From positions 50,095,248-50,142,621 of the forward strand of contig NC_068992.1 in assembly GCF_001194135.2 (NCBI RefSeq): DNA of 47,374 nt. Reading direction: 5' to 3'. The DNA is from Octopus bimaculoides (taxonomy: Eukaryota). Positions within the stretch are counted from its first letter, which is position 1. Each line of letters opens with the position of its first letter. The notes beneath the pieces are model-generated. The model was given only the letters and a program-made list of their open reading frames with translations, was not told the DNA's origin and searched no databases. This document shows positions 21,971 to 33,927 of the stretch, piece after piece. The position numbers were made by a program, and so were the translations under genes.

Positions 21971-22894
21971 ATTTATATATATATATATTATATTTTTATG
22001 TGACACTAGTACAGATGCTTTTTACATGGCACAAGCACCTATGAACCTGCAAGGTTAGGAATGCACCATTGGAGAGGGATACAGGGGACAAGCAAGGGGA
22101 TGCAAAGTAACTATGCTGTTGTTGTTTAACCACAGGTCAGCCCTAGTCAAAGAAACCTGCAATCAAAAACATTCCAACTGCGACCATCCTGTCATTTATC
22201 TATATCCAAAAGTACATTGTCCAATGTTTTTATTTATTTATTTATTTTTTTTAATGTAATTTTTTTTTTTTAGATGGTAGAATATGTGATTTGGTTGATA
22301 TTTCTTGTTTTTGTTTTATTGTAGCAAACTGAACACTNNNNNNNNNNNNNNNNNNNNNNNNNNNNNNNNNNNNNNNNNNNNNNNNNNNNNNNNNNNNNNN
22401 NNNNNNNNNNNNNNNNNNNNNNNNNNNNNNNNNNNNNNNNNNNNNNNNNNNNNNNNNNNNNNNNNNNNNNNNNNNNNNNNNNNNNNNNNNNNNNNNNNNN
22501 NNNNNNNNNNNNNNNNNNNNNNNNNNNNNNNAGGACGGGGAGGAGAAGCAAAGAAGAAAGTTTGATGTTCCCTCATCTTATATTATTGCTAAGGACTACA
22601 GATGAGGCCAAAAATAGAACAAACAACAGGGACCAGCAACCAAGGGAGAGGGAGAGGGGAAAGAGAGACAGTCAGTCAGTCTAGCCAATCCTGAGAGATT
22701 CCAGCCACCCTCGATTAGACTCATTAACATTGTCATTTTAATCAAGAATAAAATACAATCATTACTGTTGAATAATTTATCTGTTGCATATAATTAACTT
22801 GATAACGAGGTCAGAGGAATGGTTTCGTTAATAAGTTAGAGAGACTGAATAGAACAAAAACAAATAAACAACTACATCAGAGACAGGTTTAACT

Positions 22895-22925
<31 letters not shown>

Positions 22926-23017
22926 AAGAGAGAGAGAGAAAAATAGAGAGAGAGAAAAATAGAGAGAGAGAAAAATAGAGAGAGNNNNNNNNNNGAGAGA
23001 GAGAGAGAGAGAGAAAA

Positions 23018-23060
<43 letters not shown>

Positions 23061-23159
23061 AAAAGAGGACATTCATGAATATGAATATGGTATTACAATC
23101 ATATATATTAGTGTTCACTTTTCTATGCTTGCATGGAGGAGATGAAATTTGTGGAGGCA

Positions 23160-23315
23160 GACATTCAACAGCTAGATGCCTTTCCTGTTCCCAACACTCA
23201 CCTGTTTCCTGGCAAAGTAATATTCCGTTAAGGTCAGGTGTGTTTTCATGGAAGACAGGAAATTAAGAAGACGACTAGTATGACATGGACATTAACAACT
23301 TTCATGATATCCAAA
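23160..23315. repeat. Interspersed repeat shared with 44035-44200 (unclassified)
   Basis: Both copies show gatgcctttcct...ccaac.ctca, then gtcag, ggaaat and tatgaca blocks in the same order. Confidence 0.6.
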
Positions 23316-23514
23316 TAAGAAAACAAAAACACATACTCACATATATATATATACACATACATACATATATACACATACTTATATATACATTGTATATATA
23401 CACACAGACACATACATACACACATGTATACATGCACATATACACACACATGTATATACACACATATATATATACACATGTATACACACACACACACACA
23501 TATATACACCAGTC

Positions 23515-23871
23515 TGGCGGCACTGGCAATGGCCATGCTCAAATGGTGTTTTTTACGTGCCACCTGCATAAGAGTCAGTCCAATGTTTTGTACACATGCA
23601 ACTGGTACAAGTGCCAGTAAGGAGAAGCTGGAAACGATCGCGCTCAAATGGTGCTTTTTACATGCCACCGGCACGGAAGCGAGACTGCTGCTCTGGCAGT
23701 GATCCTGCTCGGATGGTGCTGTTAGCGCTCCACTGGCATGGGTGCCAGCCATTGAATTTGGTTCAGTTTCGATCTCACTTGCCCCAACAGGTCTTCGCAA
23801 GCTGAGTTTAGTGTCCAATGAAGGAAGCTTGGCATGGGTGCCAGTCATCGAATTTGGTTCGATTTCAATTT

Positions 23872-23875
<4 letters not shown>
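23515..23875 (-). mobile_element. RTE-related 3' UTR/ORF-end fragment with internal duplications
   Basis: Repeated ctcaaatggtg.tttt.ac.tgccacc units; the minus strand reads LAKTCWGK*, similar to LEKTCQGK* at 2270. Confidence 0.65.
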
Positions 23876-23903
<28 letters not shown>

Positions 23904-24669
23904 AATAGGTACTGTAAGAGTTATTGCTTATTTTCAAGAGACAGGTTAAAAAGAAAATGTAGAACATGAAGTATCTTGCCAAAAAACAACAAAGCATTGA
24001 CAGTGATTTGAACTTCTGACCAACAGAGTAGCATCCTTTAAACATTGCATTATCCACAGAGCACTGAACCCACTTTCTTAGTCTAATTAAGGGAGGTGGA
24101 AACCCCACTCACCCAAAGATACTTGCTGTTCCTGCAAGCCAAATTACTAAATAAACAGCACATCAGAAATATTTTTGTATTGAATCAATCTAAATATATT
24201 AAGTGAGAAACTGATTTTAAAAGCCATAAGTTGTCTTGGAGACGTAATGCCAGGATGACATATTGGTCACAATAGACTGCATTAATTCAATATTTTCTAA
24301 CATACACACACACACACGTACATATATGTATGTATCTGTGTAGTCTGCTTCATCGTTTGTCTGAAATACGTGTGACATATGTCTCAGCACTAAATGCTGC
24401 CAACATTATGCAATGCCAATGAGATAATATCAAAGTGTTGAATTTAATTGATTTCTTTTTCAAGTGTATTAAACGTAGAAGATTTATCTTTCGTCTGAAA
24501 TAGTTTTTAAGTACCATTATATTATTTATAATTCTGTGGAATGTTCTCTCGAGAAGAACATGGGAAGAAGTTGGTGAATGAATAAAAAGCTAAGACATAC
24601 ATGGAAATAGAAAGACAAGAAGGAAATTATTACAAATTAGTATTACTATTATTATTATCATTATTATTA

Positions 24670-25260
24670 ACAGCATTTTGTCTATCTTTATGTTCTGTGT
24701 TCAAATTCATCGTTTTGGGGGTCATTAAAATAAGTACCAGCTGAGTACTGGGGTCGATGAAATCGACTTACCCACTCCCCCAAACTTGTTGGCCTCATGC
24801 CAACATTTCAAACCGTTATTATTATTATTATTATTATTATTTTTTTATTATTATTATTATTAAGGCAGTGAGCTGGCAGAATTGTTAGCATGCCACGCAA
24901 AATGCTTAGTGGCATTTTGTTCATCTTGACATTCTGAGTTCAAATTCTTCTGAGGTTACTTTGCTGTTCCTCCTTTCAGGGTCAATAAAATAAGTACTGT
25001 TTCAACAGTGGGGTCAATGTAATCAACTAGCTCCTTCTCTTGTAATTGTTGGCCTTGTGCCAAAATTTGAAACCCTTATCATCATCATCATATTATTATT
25101 AAGGCGGCATGCTAGCACATTGGACAAAATGTTTCGTGGTATTTCTTCCAGCATTTTGTGTTTAAATCTCCTTGAGATCAACTGTGACTCTCGTTATTTC
25201 ATGGTTGATGAAATGAAATAACAGTCAAGTACTGGGGTTGATTTAATTGACTTACTGCCC
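24670..25260 (+). mobile_element. Train of three SINE family A copies separated by (ATT)n/(ATC)n tails
   Basis: Copies at about 24670-24815, 24861-25075 and 25100-25260; the second and third start ttaaggc directly after the previous tail. Confidence 0.85.
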
Positions 25261-25697
25261 CCACCAACCCCCATCCTTGCTAACTATCTATCTTTGTTAA
25301 AAAGGGCTTGCACCACTTTCTCCCCCACTCATCATCATCATCAGGGTGATGAGACAAAAATAATAAAATGCTGAAGTATTGTATTTCATCCCCTATCCCC
25401 TCAGATTCCAGGTTTAATTTCTACTGGGGTCAAATTCCCCTTTCATTCTCTGACTCATCATGCTGCATTCTGAGCTGATAACACCAGTAAATACCAGTAA
25501 AATACTTGGGTTTGATGCAATCAATTACACTCTTCCTCTACAATCATGCTTAATGAAGAAATTCAATGTGAGCCCCATGAGTCAGAGTGGCTGTTTCAGA
25601 ACATCTCCCTTACCATCTTCCAATTTACTGCCTTTTCCATTTTGTCTGCTGGGGCCATGAGGCAGTATGACTTACAGGAAATTGTACGTTCCATTCC

Positions 25698-25911
25698 CTA
25701 ACCATCTAACATATAAACTGGCTATATCTCGCCAACATATTCTACCTGCTTTATGCCCAAACTGGTCAGATCTGGTCTCCCACACTTACCCTACAATAGT
25801 ATTCTAAAAATAAACACTCATATCATTGAAATTTCACAGCTACAAGATAATTCATGATTGATGTGAACAAATAAGCATTACACTTGAGAAATCTGAATTC
25901 TAAAGAGTTAA
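25698..25911 (-). mobile_element. piggyBac-type MITE family 1, degenerate
   Basis: Reverse-complement copy of 26084 and 39194; it ends ctaaagagttaa. Confidence 0.75.
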
Positions 25912-26083
25912 ATACTTAGATTCATAAAATAATTCATTAATTTAATTCCACTCATCTACAAGGAAACTGATAAAATTTACAGAATGAGCTCTTTCCAATC
26001 TAGAGATCCAGGTCTTATCATTCTATTCTATGTATAACTTCGTACAATACTACCAAAATTACTGTTTATTATATGCTTAGAAC

Positions 26084-26307
26084 TTAACCCTTTAGTGTTC
26101 AGATTTGTCTGTCAAATATAATGCTTATTCATTCACATTGATATGAATTAATCAAGCCTTACCTTATAGCTTTGAGATTTTCAATATGATTGTTTATTTT
26201 TAGAGTAATATTGTAGGGTAAGCGTGAGAGGCTGCATCTGGCCAGCTTGAAGACAAAACAGATAGATTATTTTGGCTGGATATGGTCGGTTTAAATGCTA
26301 GTGTTAA
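26084..26307 (+). mobile_element. piggyBac-type MITE family 1
   Basis: Starts TTAAccctttagtg and ends tttaaatgctagtgTTAA; the body is collinear with 39194-39422. Confidence 0.82.
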
Positions 26308-26894
26308 ACAACAACATTATGTTAAGTATTCTGATACTTCAACAATTTAGGTTACCATTTACAATATTTATAACCAAAAAAGAACCCACTCCCAACCGAA
26401 AATAATCAAATAAAAATTTTTTTAAATCAATTTTCCAAAGGAAATTATGTTAATGGAAATGAGATAGTTTACAAATATTATTTATTGCATTCCAAAGGGC
26501 AAGCTATGGAAAAATAACACATAGAAAGAAGTAGTCAGAGAATGTGCTTGGAGCTTTCCAACAGATTATTACTGTTATTAAATTATGTTCTACACCATTT
26601 AGAAAACTGCTTGCATGTAATTAACATTCTTAGTGTTGCCGGAATTTTTTTTTAATGTTATTAACGAAGCTATTAACTAACCTATTAATTACTGTATCTA
26701 ACAGACCATAGTCAAACTATATCACAATCTATGTAGTTACATATTGCTAGCAAATTATAAGAATCTTATGTTAGAAATAGCAACTTTGCAGCTGCACCAG
26801 AGGCCCTATGAAGATGGTGTAAAAAGGGAGATGAGCAGATGAAAATAGGGATCACTACCGTCAAACTGATCCCTGTATATGTATGTATATGTCA

Positions 26895-26985
26895 TCATTT
26901 AATGTATGTTTTCCATGCTGGCATGGATCAGACGGTTGGACTGGGACTGGTAAACCAGAGAGCTGCACCAGGCTCCAGTCATCTG
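26895..26985 (-). mobile_element. RTE-type 3' tail fragment
   Basis: catcatttaatgtatgttttccatgctggcatgg...gctgcaccaggctccag. Confidence 0.75.
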
Positions 26986-26994
26986 TTTATGTAT

Positions 26995-27026
<32 letters not shown>

Positions 27027-27607
27027 ATGATCCTTTTATATATGAAGCATGCGTATATGGTGGCCACTACTGGAATTGCAACTGAAAATCTTCCCATTGG
27101 ACATCTGTGATTGCTGAATGTGGCTGGCTTCTCTTGTATATAAAGTGAATTCACTGGGCTGAGCTTGGTTCAACTCATTATAAATCAATGCTGACACAAG
27201 CATAATTAAGTACTAGAAATAGTAGCCAAATATCAGACTTCAAAATCACACCCTACTGTTTTTTTGTTTTTTTTTAATCTTTGGTTTTCTGGAAGGGACA
27301 CCGCAGACAATGAAGTCCTGAAGGTTCTAAAAGACTAAATTGATACAATGAAGTGTCTTTGATCAGAAGTCTATTCACTCACTGCTGATCTGAGACTAAA
27401 CTTTAACAACCCTCTTGTATGGGTAATTTACCCAATATTGCTGCTGTTCTAATGGCATTTCTGTGTTCAAAACTAAATTATCATATTTGTATCTTACAAT
27501 ACACATTTTCACGCTCATAAAGCACACAAATGTTTGTTTATACTTGTATACACGTAGGTATACATTTAGCTTTATAGTGTCTAAAAAAGCAGATTAATTT
27601 GTCAGCA

Positions 27608-27663
27608 GGCAGTTTAGCTTAATAGTAAAGCACCTGGCTGTGGGTTCGAGTCTCATGTCTGTT
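27608..27663 (+). pseudogene. tRNA-like element lacking the anticodon arm
   Basis: D stem gctt/aagc, T arm gtggg-ttcgagt-ctcat and a degenerate acceptor stem ggcagtt/gtctgtt; only 8 nt lie between the D and T arms. Confidence 0.55.
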
Positions 27664-27873
27664 TGTTGACAAATTTTTCTGCTTTGTAAGGGTAATTTAC
27701 NNNNNNNNNNATTTCTGCTGTTCTCACAGCATCTCTGCATTCAAAAATAAATTATCATATTATTGTTAATATTATTGTTGCTGTTTTAATTCAATTAACT
27801 GCAAGCTCATCAAAAAGGTTTCCGTTGCTGTTAGCAATGGTAATGGCACATTTCTTATTGATGTTTTTCACAG

Positions 27874-28019
27874 ATGCAAATAGAATTAGAAATGGAACTA
27901 TTCGTTTCACCCAATCCTCCACTACAAACTTACATGCAAGACACTATTTTCATGGCTTAGTCACTAGTACTTACTTACAATATATATCTATATATATCCT
28001 TTCTCCCTCTGAGAAGGGT
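27874..28019 (+). other. Candidate 146-nt exon (open frame DANRIRNGTIRFTQSSTTNLHARHYF...SEKG)
   Basis: Strong acceptor ttcttattgatgtttttcacag and donor GGT/gtaagt; the 3' half is TA-rich, which weakens a coding interpretation. Confidence 0.25.
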
Positions 28020-28439
28020 GTAAGTGAATTTTCTTCATGGAACCATAAAAATTGTGCATGCTGTTCATAATAAGATGCACCGGCAGAATGCCAACTATGG
28101 TAGGAGAGTGGATATAGCAGGCTAAATTGACTTCCAACTCCAGTATATTACTGGTACTTATTTTATCAGTTCTATAGAAAGGAAAGATAGAAACCAACAA
28201 CCCAATGAAAAAACTTCTGTCTAAAAAGTCACTGAGTTTGCCAGAGATAGCAGTCAAATCTCTTTCAAACTACATCCTAGTCTTGACAAAAAAAGGACAC
28301 TATTTACTGGATTGTCATGGTGTGAACATGAGTGATTGATCAAGGCTGACTTGATGGTAGCAAAACCGACTCCAGTTGAGTTGAGATTTAAACATAGTTG
28401 AGTATTAGATCTGACATTTAACTATTTCTGATTTTGTAA

Positions 28440-28620
28440 TAATGGTTTCTGATTGAGGCACAAAGCCAGCAATTTTGAAAAGAGGTGTTCAGGCAATAAC
28501 ATCAACTCCAGCACTTGACTGGTACTTTATGTGATTGACCCTAAAACGATGAAAGGTAAGGTTATCTTCACTGGGATTTGAACACAGAATGTAAAGAGAC
28601 TGAACAAATATTGCAAAACA
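28440..28620 (-). mobile_element. SINE family A, degenerate
   Basis: aatggtttctgattgaggcacaaagcc...actggtacttt...gatgaaagg...gggatttgaacacagaatg. Confidence 0.72.
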
Positions 28621-28773
28621 TTTTTTTCCAGTATTCCAACAATTCTACTGGTTCATCACCTTTGCTCCCATAAAAAATCTTTTCTACTATATACACAAGG
28701 CCTTCAATTTGTGGCAAGAGGGCCAGATGATAAATCAACATTAAATGATGATGATATATATGTATATATATCT

Positions 28774-29470
28774 NNNNNNNNNNNNNNNNNNNNNNNNNNN
28801 NNNNNNNNNNNNNNNNNNNNNNNNNNNNNNNNNNNNNNNNNNNNNNNNNNNNNNNNNNNNNNNNNNNNNNNNNNNNNNNNNNNNNNNNNNNNNNNNNNNN
28901 NNNNNNNNNNNNNNNNNNNNNNNNNNNNNNNNNNNNNNNNNNNNNNNNNNNNNNNNNNNNNNNNNNNNNNNNNNNNNNNNNNNNNNNNNNNNNNNNNNNN
29001 NNNNNNNNNNNNNNNNNNNNNNNNNNNNNNNNNNNNNNNNNNNNNNNNNNNNNNNNNNNNNNNNNNNNNNNNNNNNNNNNNNNNNNNNNNNNNNNNNNNN
29101 NNNNNNNNNNNNNNNNNNNNNNNNNNNNNNNNNNNNNNNNNNNNNNNNNNNNNNNNNNNNNNNNNNNNNNNNNNNNNNNNNNNNNNNNNNNNNNNNNNNN
29201 NNNNNNNNNNNNNNNNNNNNNNNNNNNNNNNNNNNNNNNNNNNNNNNNNNNNNNNNNNNNNNNNNNNNNNNNNNNNNNNNNNNNNNNNNNNNNNNNNNNN
29301 NNNNNNNNNNNNNNNNNNNNNNNNNNNNNNNNNNNNNNNNNNNNNNNNNNNNNNNNNNNNNNNNNNNNNNNNNNNNNNNNNNNNNNNNNNNNNNNNNNNN
29401 NNNNNNNNNNNNNNNNNNNNNNNNNNNNNNNNNNNNNNNNNNNNNNNNNNNNNNNNNNNNNNNNNNNNNN
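28774..29470. other. Assembly gap. Other gaps: about 712-721, 3511-3867, 12847-12856, 14174-14520, 22338-22531, 22985-22993, 27701-27710, 42790-43022 and 46022-46972
   Basis: N-runs, mostly flanked by microsatellites. Confidence 0.98.
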
Positions 29471-29790
29471 TCCCAACCATTATATACATGGATTACCATT
29501 GAACTTCAAAAGCTCAAAGACAATATAATGTATTGGTATAGTTATTTTTTTATATATTATTTTTTTATATATATTATTTTCTTCATTTTGTACTTCTTTG
29601 TAAAAAACATTTTCATTCTCCTTCTTGAAAATTTGCTTCGTAATAAAAGTCGGTTAGAAATCTCTATTAAAACATGCTTCCAATTTGAAATCTTTATTAA
29701 AACATGCTTCCAATTTAGCATTCTGCCTTATTCTTCATTTTCCTATGATTTCTCCACGTGTGGTTAACACAACCCCACTATTTACTGACT

Positions 29791-29822
<32 letters not shown>

Positions 29823-30100
29823 CCAGAGTTAATTTGTAAACATTCAATGTCATAATCATTACATCTGTCAACTGCACATGATTCATATTCAAAAACAGAA
29901 GTATTTATATTATCTCAGAATACATTGAAAACCAGAGAAACTTTGTTTACAGAGCAATGTGGCTTTACAGATCAACCACAAATAACCTCACTGCAATGAG
30001 TCATTAGTCGAGCAAAGAGCAAGACCATACAGAAAATCTGTCACATATTTTGAAGAATGTAATGACTGCTTACATCACTATAGAATTAGTAAATATCACC

Positions 30101-30294
30101 TTAACCCCTTTGGTACAAACTAACCAGAAACCTCTTCTGGTTCTATGACACAAACCCCCTGTTTTAAAACCAGCTATCAAAATTTTCTGTAGCGTAGTTA
30201 ATAACAAAAGTTGTTTTATTAACTTCATTATTTTTTTAATTAATTGATATAAAAGCAGTCTATTTTAACAGAAATATGGTAACAAAAGAGTTAA
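30101..30294. mobile_element. piggyBac-type MITE family 2, copy 1
   Basis: TTAAcccctttggtac ... ggtaacaaaagagTTAA. Confidence 0.75.
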
Positions 30295-30515
30295 TTCTTT
30301 TGATACTAACTTGCCTGGGGTGACCCCACTGTTTCTATGAAGCACATTTCCTTTTTGAAAGTGATCTAAATTAAACCTTTCATCAAAATTTCATTTTAAT
30401 TCATGTTCCAAACACCAGATTAATAATGCCAGAATTATTCTACTAAATCCTTTATTATTTTCAAAATTAATTGAAACAGGAAATTTCACAAAAAATAGGA
30501 TAACAAAAGGGTTAA
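30291..30515. mobile_element. piggyBac-type MITE family 2, copy 2, sharing a TTAA with copy 1
   Basis: TTAAttctttgatac ... ggataacaaaagggTTAA; internal blocks (tttattattttcaaaattaattga) are shared with copy 1. Confidence 0.72.
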
Positions 30516-30704
30516 ACAGAAGCTATCAAGAGAGCCTCTACCTCAACAATTACCAAACCTCTGCTTCCAGTAATATCTATTTGCCATGTCTGGTTGTTTT
30601 GACATTCCCCTTTTAAAGAACATATGGTAAAATGGTAGATGTTCTGTAATTGCCTACCATTTTATAATTTGGAAATCAAGACTCCCAAACATGTTTAACA
30701 AAAT

Positions 30705-30800
30705 GGCAGGCATGACTGTGTGGTTAAGAAGATTGCTTCCCAACCAGGTGGTCTTGGGTTCAGTCCCACAGCATGGCACCATGGACAAGTGTCTTGATAA
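30705..30800 (+). mobile_element. SINE family B head fragment
   Basis: ggcatgactgtgtggttaagaagattgcttcccaacc...ggcaccatggacaagtgtctt. Confidence 0.8.
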
Positions 30801-30841
30801 AAAATGAAACAAACTCAACAAGTATGTGTGTGTGTGTGTAT

Positions 30842-31164
30842 AAGGCATGTGGCTTAGTGGTTAGGCTATTCGGTTCATGATTGCAAGGTTGTGAGTTCAA
30901 TTCCCGGTGACATGTTGTGTCCTTGAGCAAGACACTTTATTTCACATTGCTCCAGTCCACTCAGCTGACAAAAATGTGTAGTACCTGTATTTCAGAGGGC
31001 TAGCCTTGTTGCACTGTGTCACATTCAATCTCCCTCAAAAGTGCGTTAAGGGTACACTTATAATGTCTGTGGAGTGCTCAGCCACTTGCACATTAATTTC
31101 ATGAGCAAGCTGTTCCATTGATCGGATCAACTGGAATCCTTGTCACCGTAACTGATGGAGTGCC
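30842..31164 (+). mobile_element. Chimeric SINE: E-type head/CORE with D-type tail
   Basis: Head ...tgtgtccttgagcaagacactttatttcac matches family E. Tail ...tctgtggagtgctcagccacttgcac...gatcggatcaactggaa matches the family D tail at 35500-35645. Confidence 0.85.
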
Positions 31165-31214
31165 ACATACACACGCACGCACGCACACACACACACACAC
31201 ACACACACAACATG

Positions 31215-31440
31215 TGTGTCTTCGTGCTTGTTCCCCACCACTGCTTGACAACCAGTGTTGGTTTGTTTACATCTCCCATAGCTTAGCAGTTTGGGGAAAA
31301 GAGACTAATAGAACTAGCACCAGATTTACAAAAAAAAAAAAAAAAAAAAAATATAAGTACTGGGGGTTGATTTGATTTGTTCGACTGAACCTTCAATGCT
31401 GTGCTCCAGAATGGCCCAAAGTTTAATGACAGAAACAAAT
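31215..31440 (+). mobile_element. SINE C half
   Basis: ccccaccactgcttgacaacc...aagtactgggggttgattt...gacagaaacaaat. Confidence 0.78.
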
Positions 31441-31769
31441 AAATGGTAAAAATTATTTCTGTTTAAGATAGAAAATAATCTGCTGTAATGCTGCTGACCT
31501 TATTAAAGTAACAATGTTTTTAAATGCTAAAAGTTTGGGGTTGGAATAAATTAACTGGAGTCTGGTGTCGTGTTTGTTTAAGTTAGAGCCGAAATTAGTA
31601 GGAAATAATCACCACTGGCTACAGTTACATTAGTGTGTGTTTGTGCACGTGTGTGTGTGTATGTGTGTATGTGAATGAGGATAGGAGAAAGGGGAGGAGG
31701 GAGGAAATGTGGTGCTGGGTGTGGGGTGCTAATGGTAAGTGATTGTTCATTTCTTTCATTTAGAAATTT

Positions 31770-31771
31770 AC

Positions 31772-31802
<31 letters not shown>

Positions 31803-31879
31803 TTTATATATGTTTATGTATTTTCTTTTATATATATATATATATATATACGCACACATTTATATATGTTTATGTATTT

Positions 31880-31911
<32 letters not shown>

Positions 31912-32962
31912 CTGCTTTATTTACTTTATATTTGACTATATACAAATAGTTATTTTCATTCGTTTTTATGATTATATATATATATATATATATATGTATT
32001 TAATTTTGATTTATGTATGTGTGTGTTTTTTATATATCTTTGTATTTGTTACAGATTTCAGCTTTTGTTTTGACAAACTTTAGAGTTATTTAGTTTCCTA
32101 CAATGGCTAAAATGTTCACTGTCAGGAATTTCATGTGACATTATATTGTGCAAGTGTGTGTGTATGTTTGTGTCTATCTGCGTATTTGTGCATGTGTATC
32201 TGCATAGAATGTACGTGAATATGTATGTGCATGTGTGCGCATATGTATCTGCATGTATGTGTGCACATATGCATGCCTGACATCAATGCCCATCACTCCT
32301 GAATGGGATTTAAGGAGAGTCGTCTTGCCTGGCCATGACTTTCAGGTGTTTTAATACCAGGCACTTTGAAGGAGCCATCTCCACTATGCTAAGCCACAGC
32401 CAACTGGCAAACAAGCGTCTGTGTGTGTGTGCATGTATCTACAAATATATGCCAGTTGTCCATTTCCATCTGAGGACAGCAATCACCGACTAGCGCATGA
32501 ACCATCTATATGCTGGGCAATAACTTGGTAACAAATTTGTGTCCAACCCAACAAAGTTGCATCGGCTACTACCTTCTGATCCCTAAAAAAGTAAGTCGGC
32601 AATGTTTATATTGAATTTTAAGACCAATAAGGCTTGCACATCAACTCATAGACCCTCTGCACCATACTGGCATGATCCATAGATAAGCTAGAGCAATGTC
32701 CCTAGTGTCAGTATATGAATGTATAAACACAGACACACACACATGCATGTAGTTGAATAAAATTTGGGTAAAAACCTTGTGGTATGCTGTACAAAGCTCA
32801 TTCACAGGTATTGGCTACCAAATGTTATCATACAGTGGGAATACTCCTTTCAGTAGATATACATTCGAAATTCCTTGGTATCTAGAGTTTATGCATGTAT
32901 ATATGTATTTATACACTTATAGATAATATGCATGTATACAACAAAATTTGCATATAGACACA

Positions 32963-33022
<60 letters not shown>

Positions 33023-33625
33023 TAGTGGTATCCATATTTGCACAAATATGCATAAATTTTGCTGGTTCCATCCTTTGGATTTATACACACAAATATGCAT
33101 ATTGGCATCCAAATATATGTATGTACATACATGCATACATTTACACATGTGTATGTGTAAGCATACGCACATCTATGTACAACCACATGTATATACATAA
33201 ATCTATCTATCTATCTATATATATATATATATATATATATGTATGCACAAATGTCATTACTGGTTTCATCCATTATATTGCATATACACACATGTATATA
33301 CACGTGCATTTAAATACAGACATATGCATGTGTATGCAATTATACATACAGTTGCATGTGTATATTTGCATTTAATAACTGAAAGACAACCTGTTTAAGC
33401 ATATGCATTTATGCATATCCATGCATGTATATATAAATGTGTATACATACAAGCAGACGTGCATCTATGCTTTACTGCTCACAGATGTATATGCAATATG
33501 CACGTGCACTGGAATATGGTAAAATATATATATATACCAGTGAATATATCTATGCACATTTACATATGCATAGATGCATGTGTGTGTGTGCATGTGCACA
33601 TGCATGCATGTTTGCATTTGCACAC
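31770..33625. repeat. Low-complexity (TA)n/(CA)n/(TGCA)-rich tracts around a short unique island
   Basis: Direct reading; includes a duplicated unit of about 55 bp at 31780-31905 and explains the YIYI/CVCV ORFs. Confidence 0.85.
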
Positions 33626-33858
33626 ACATGGAGATCACACGTGTCGTAAATAACAAAAAAAAAAAACTAGTAATAATAAACTCAAGGTTCTTAGTTGACA
33701 TTGCAGAGATAAGCCAGATGGGTTGAGGTGGGTGGGGCAGAGGTAATTCAGAGAGGAGGAGGAGGAAGAAGAAGTGGAGGAAGAGGAAGGGGAGGAAGAG
33801 GAAGGGGAGGAGAGTGATAGTGGCCACATCTTTAGTGCGAGCATCTCTACTACAAGAA

Positions 33859-33927
33859 GGAAGTGACGCAGTGTATTTACTGCAGTCCATTGTATAGTAG
33901 CATCACATGACAGCAGCAGAGGTGAGT
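33859..33927 (+). promoter_or_regulatory. Candidate promoter and first-exon end: ETS-CRE composite, E-box and splice donor
   Basis: GGAAGTGACGCA (33859-33870), TCACATGAC (33903-33911) and GAG/gtgagt (donor at 33922). Confidence 0.3.

Noticed and set aside
29655-29717. 30-bp tandem duplication (tct.tattaaaacatgcttccaattt x2)
   Set aside because: An ordinary local slippage duplication with no further structure.
33752-33921. Acidic exon with an in-frame TGA (EEE...GHIFSASISTTRRK*RSVF), possible selenocysteine or readthrough
   Set aside because: The acceptor is poor, the Glu run is a simple GAG/GAA repeat, there is no selenoprotein motif or SECIS, and the TGA is part of the CRE-like motif.
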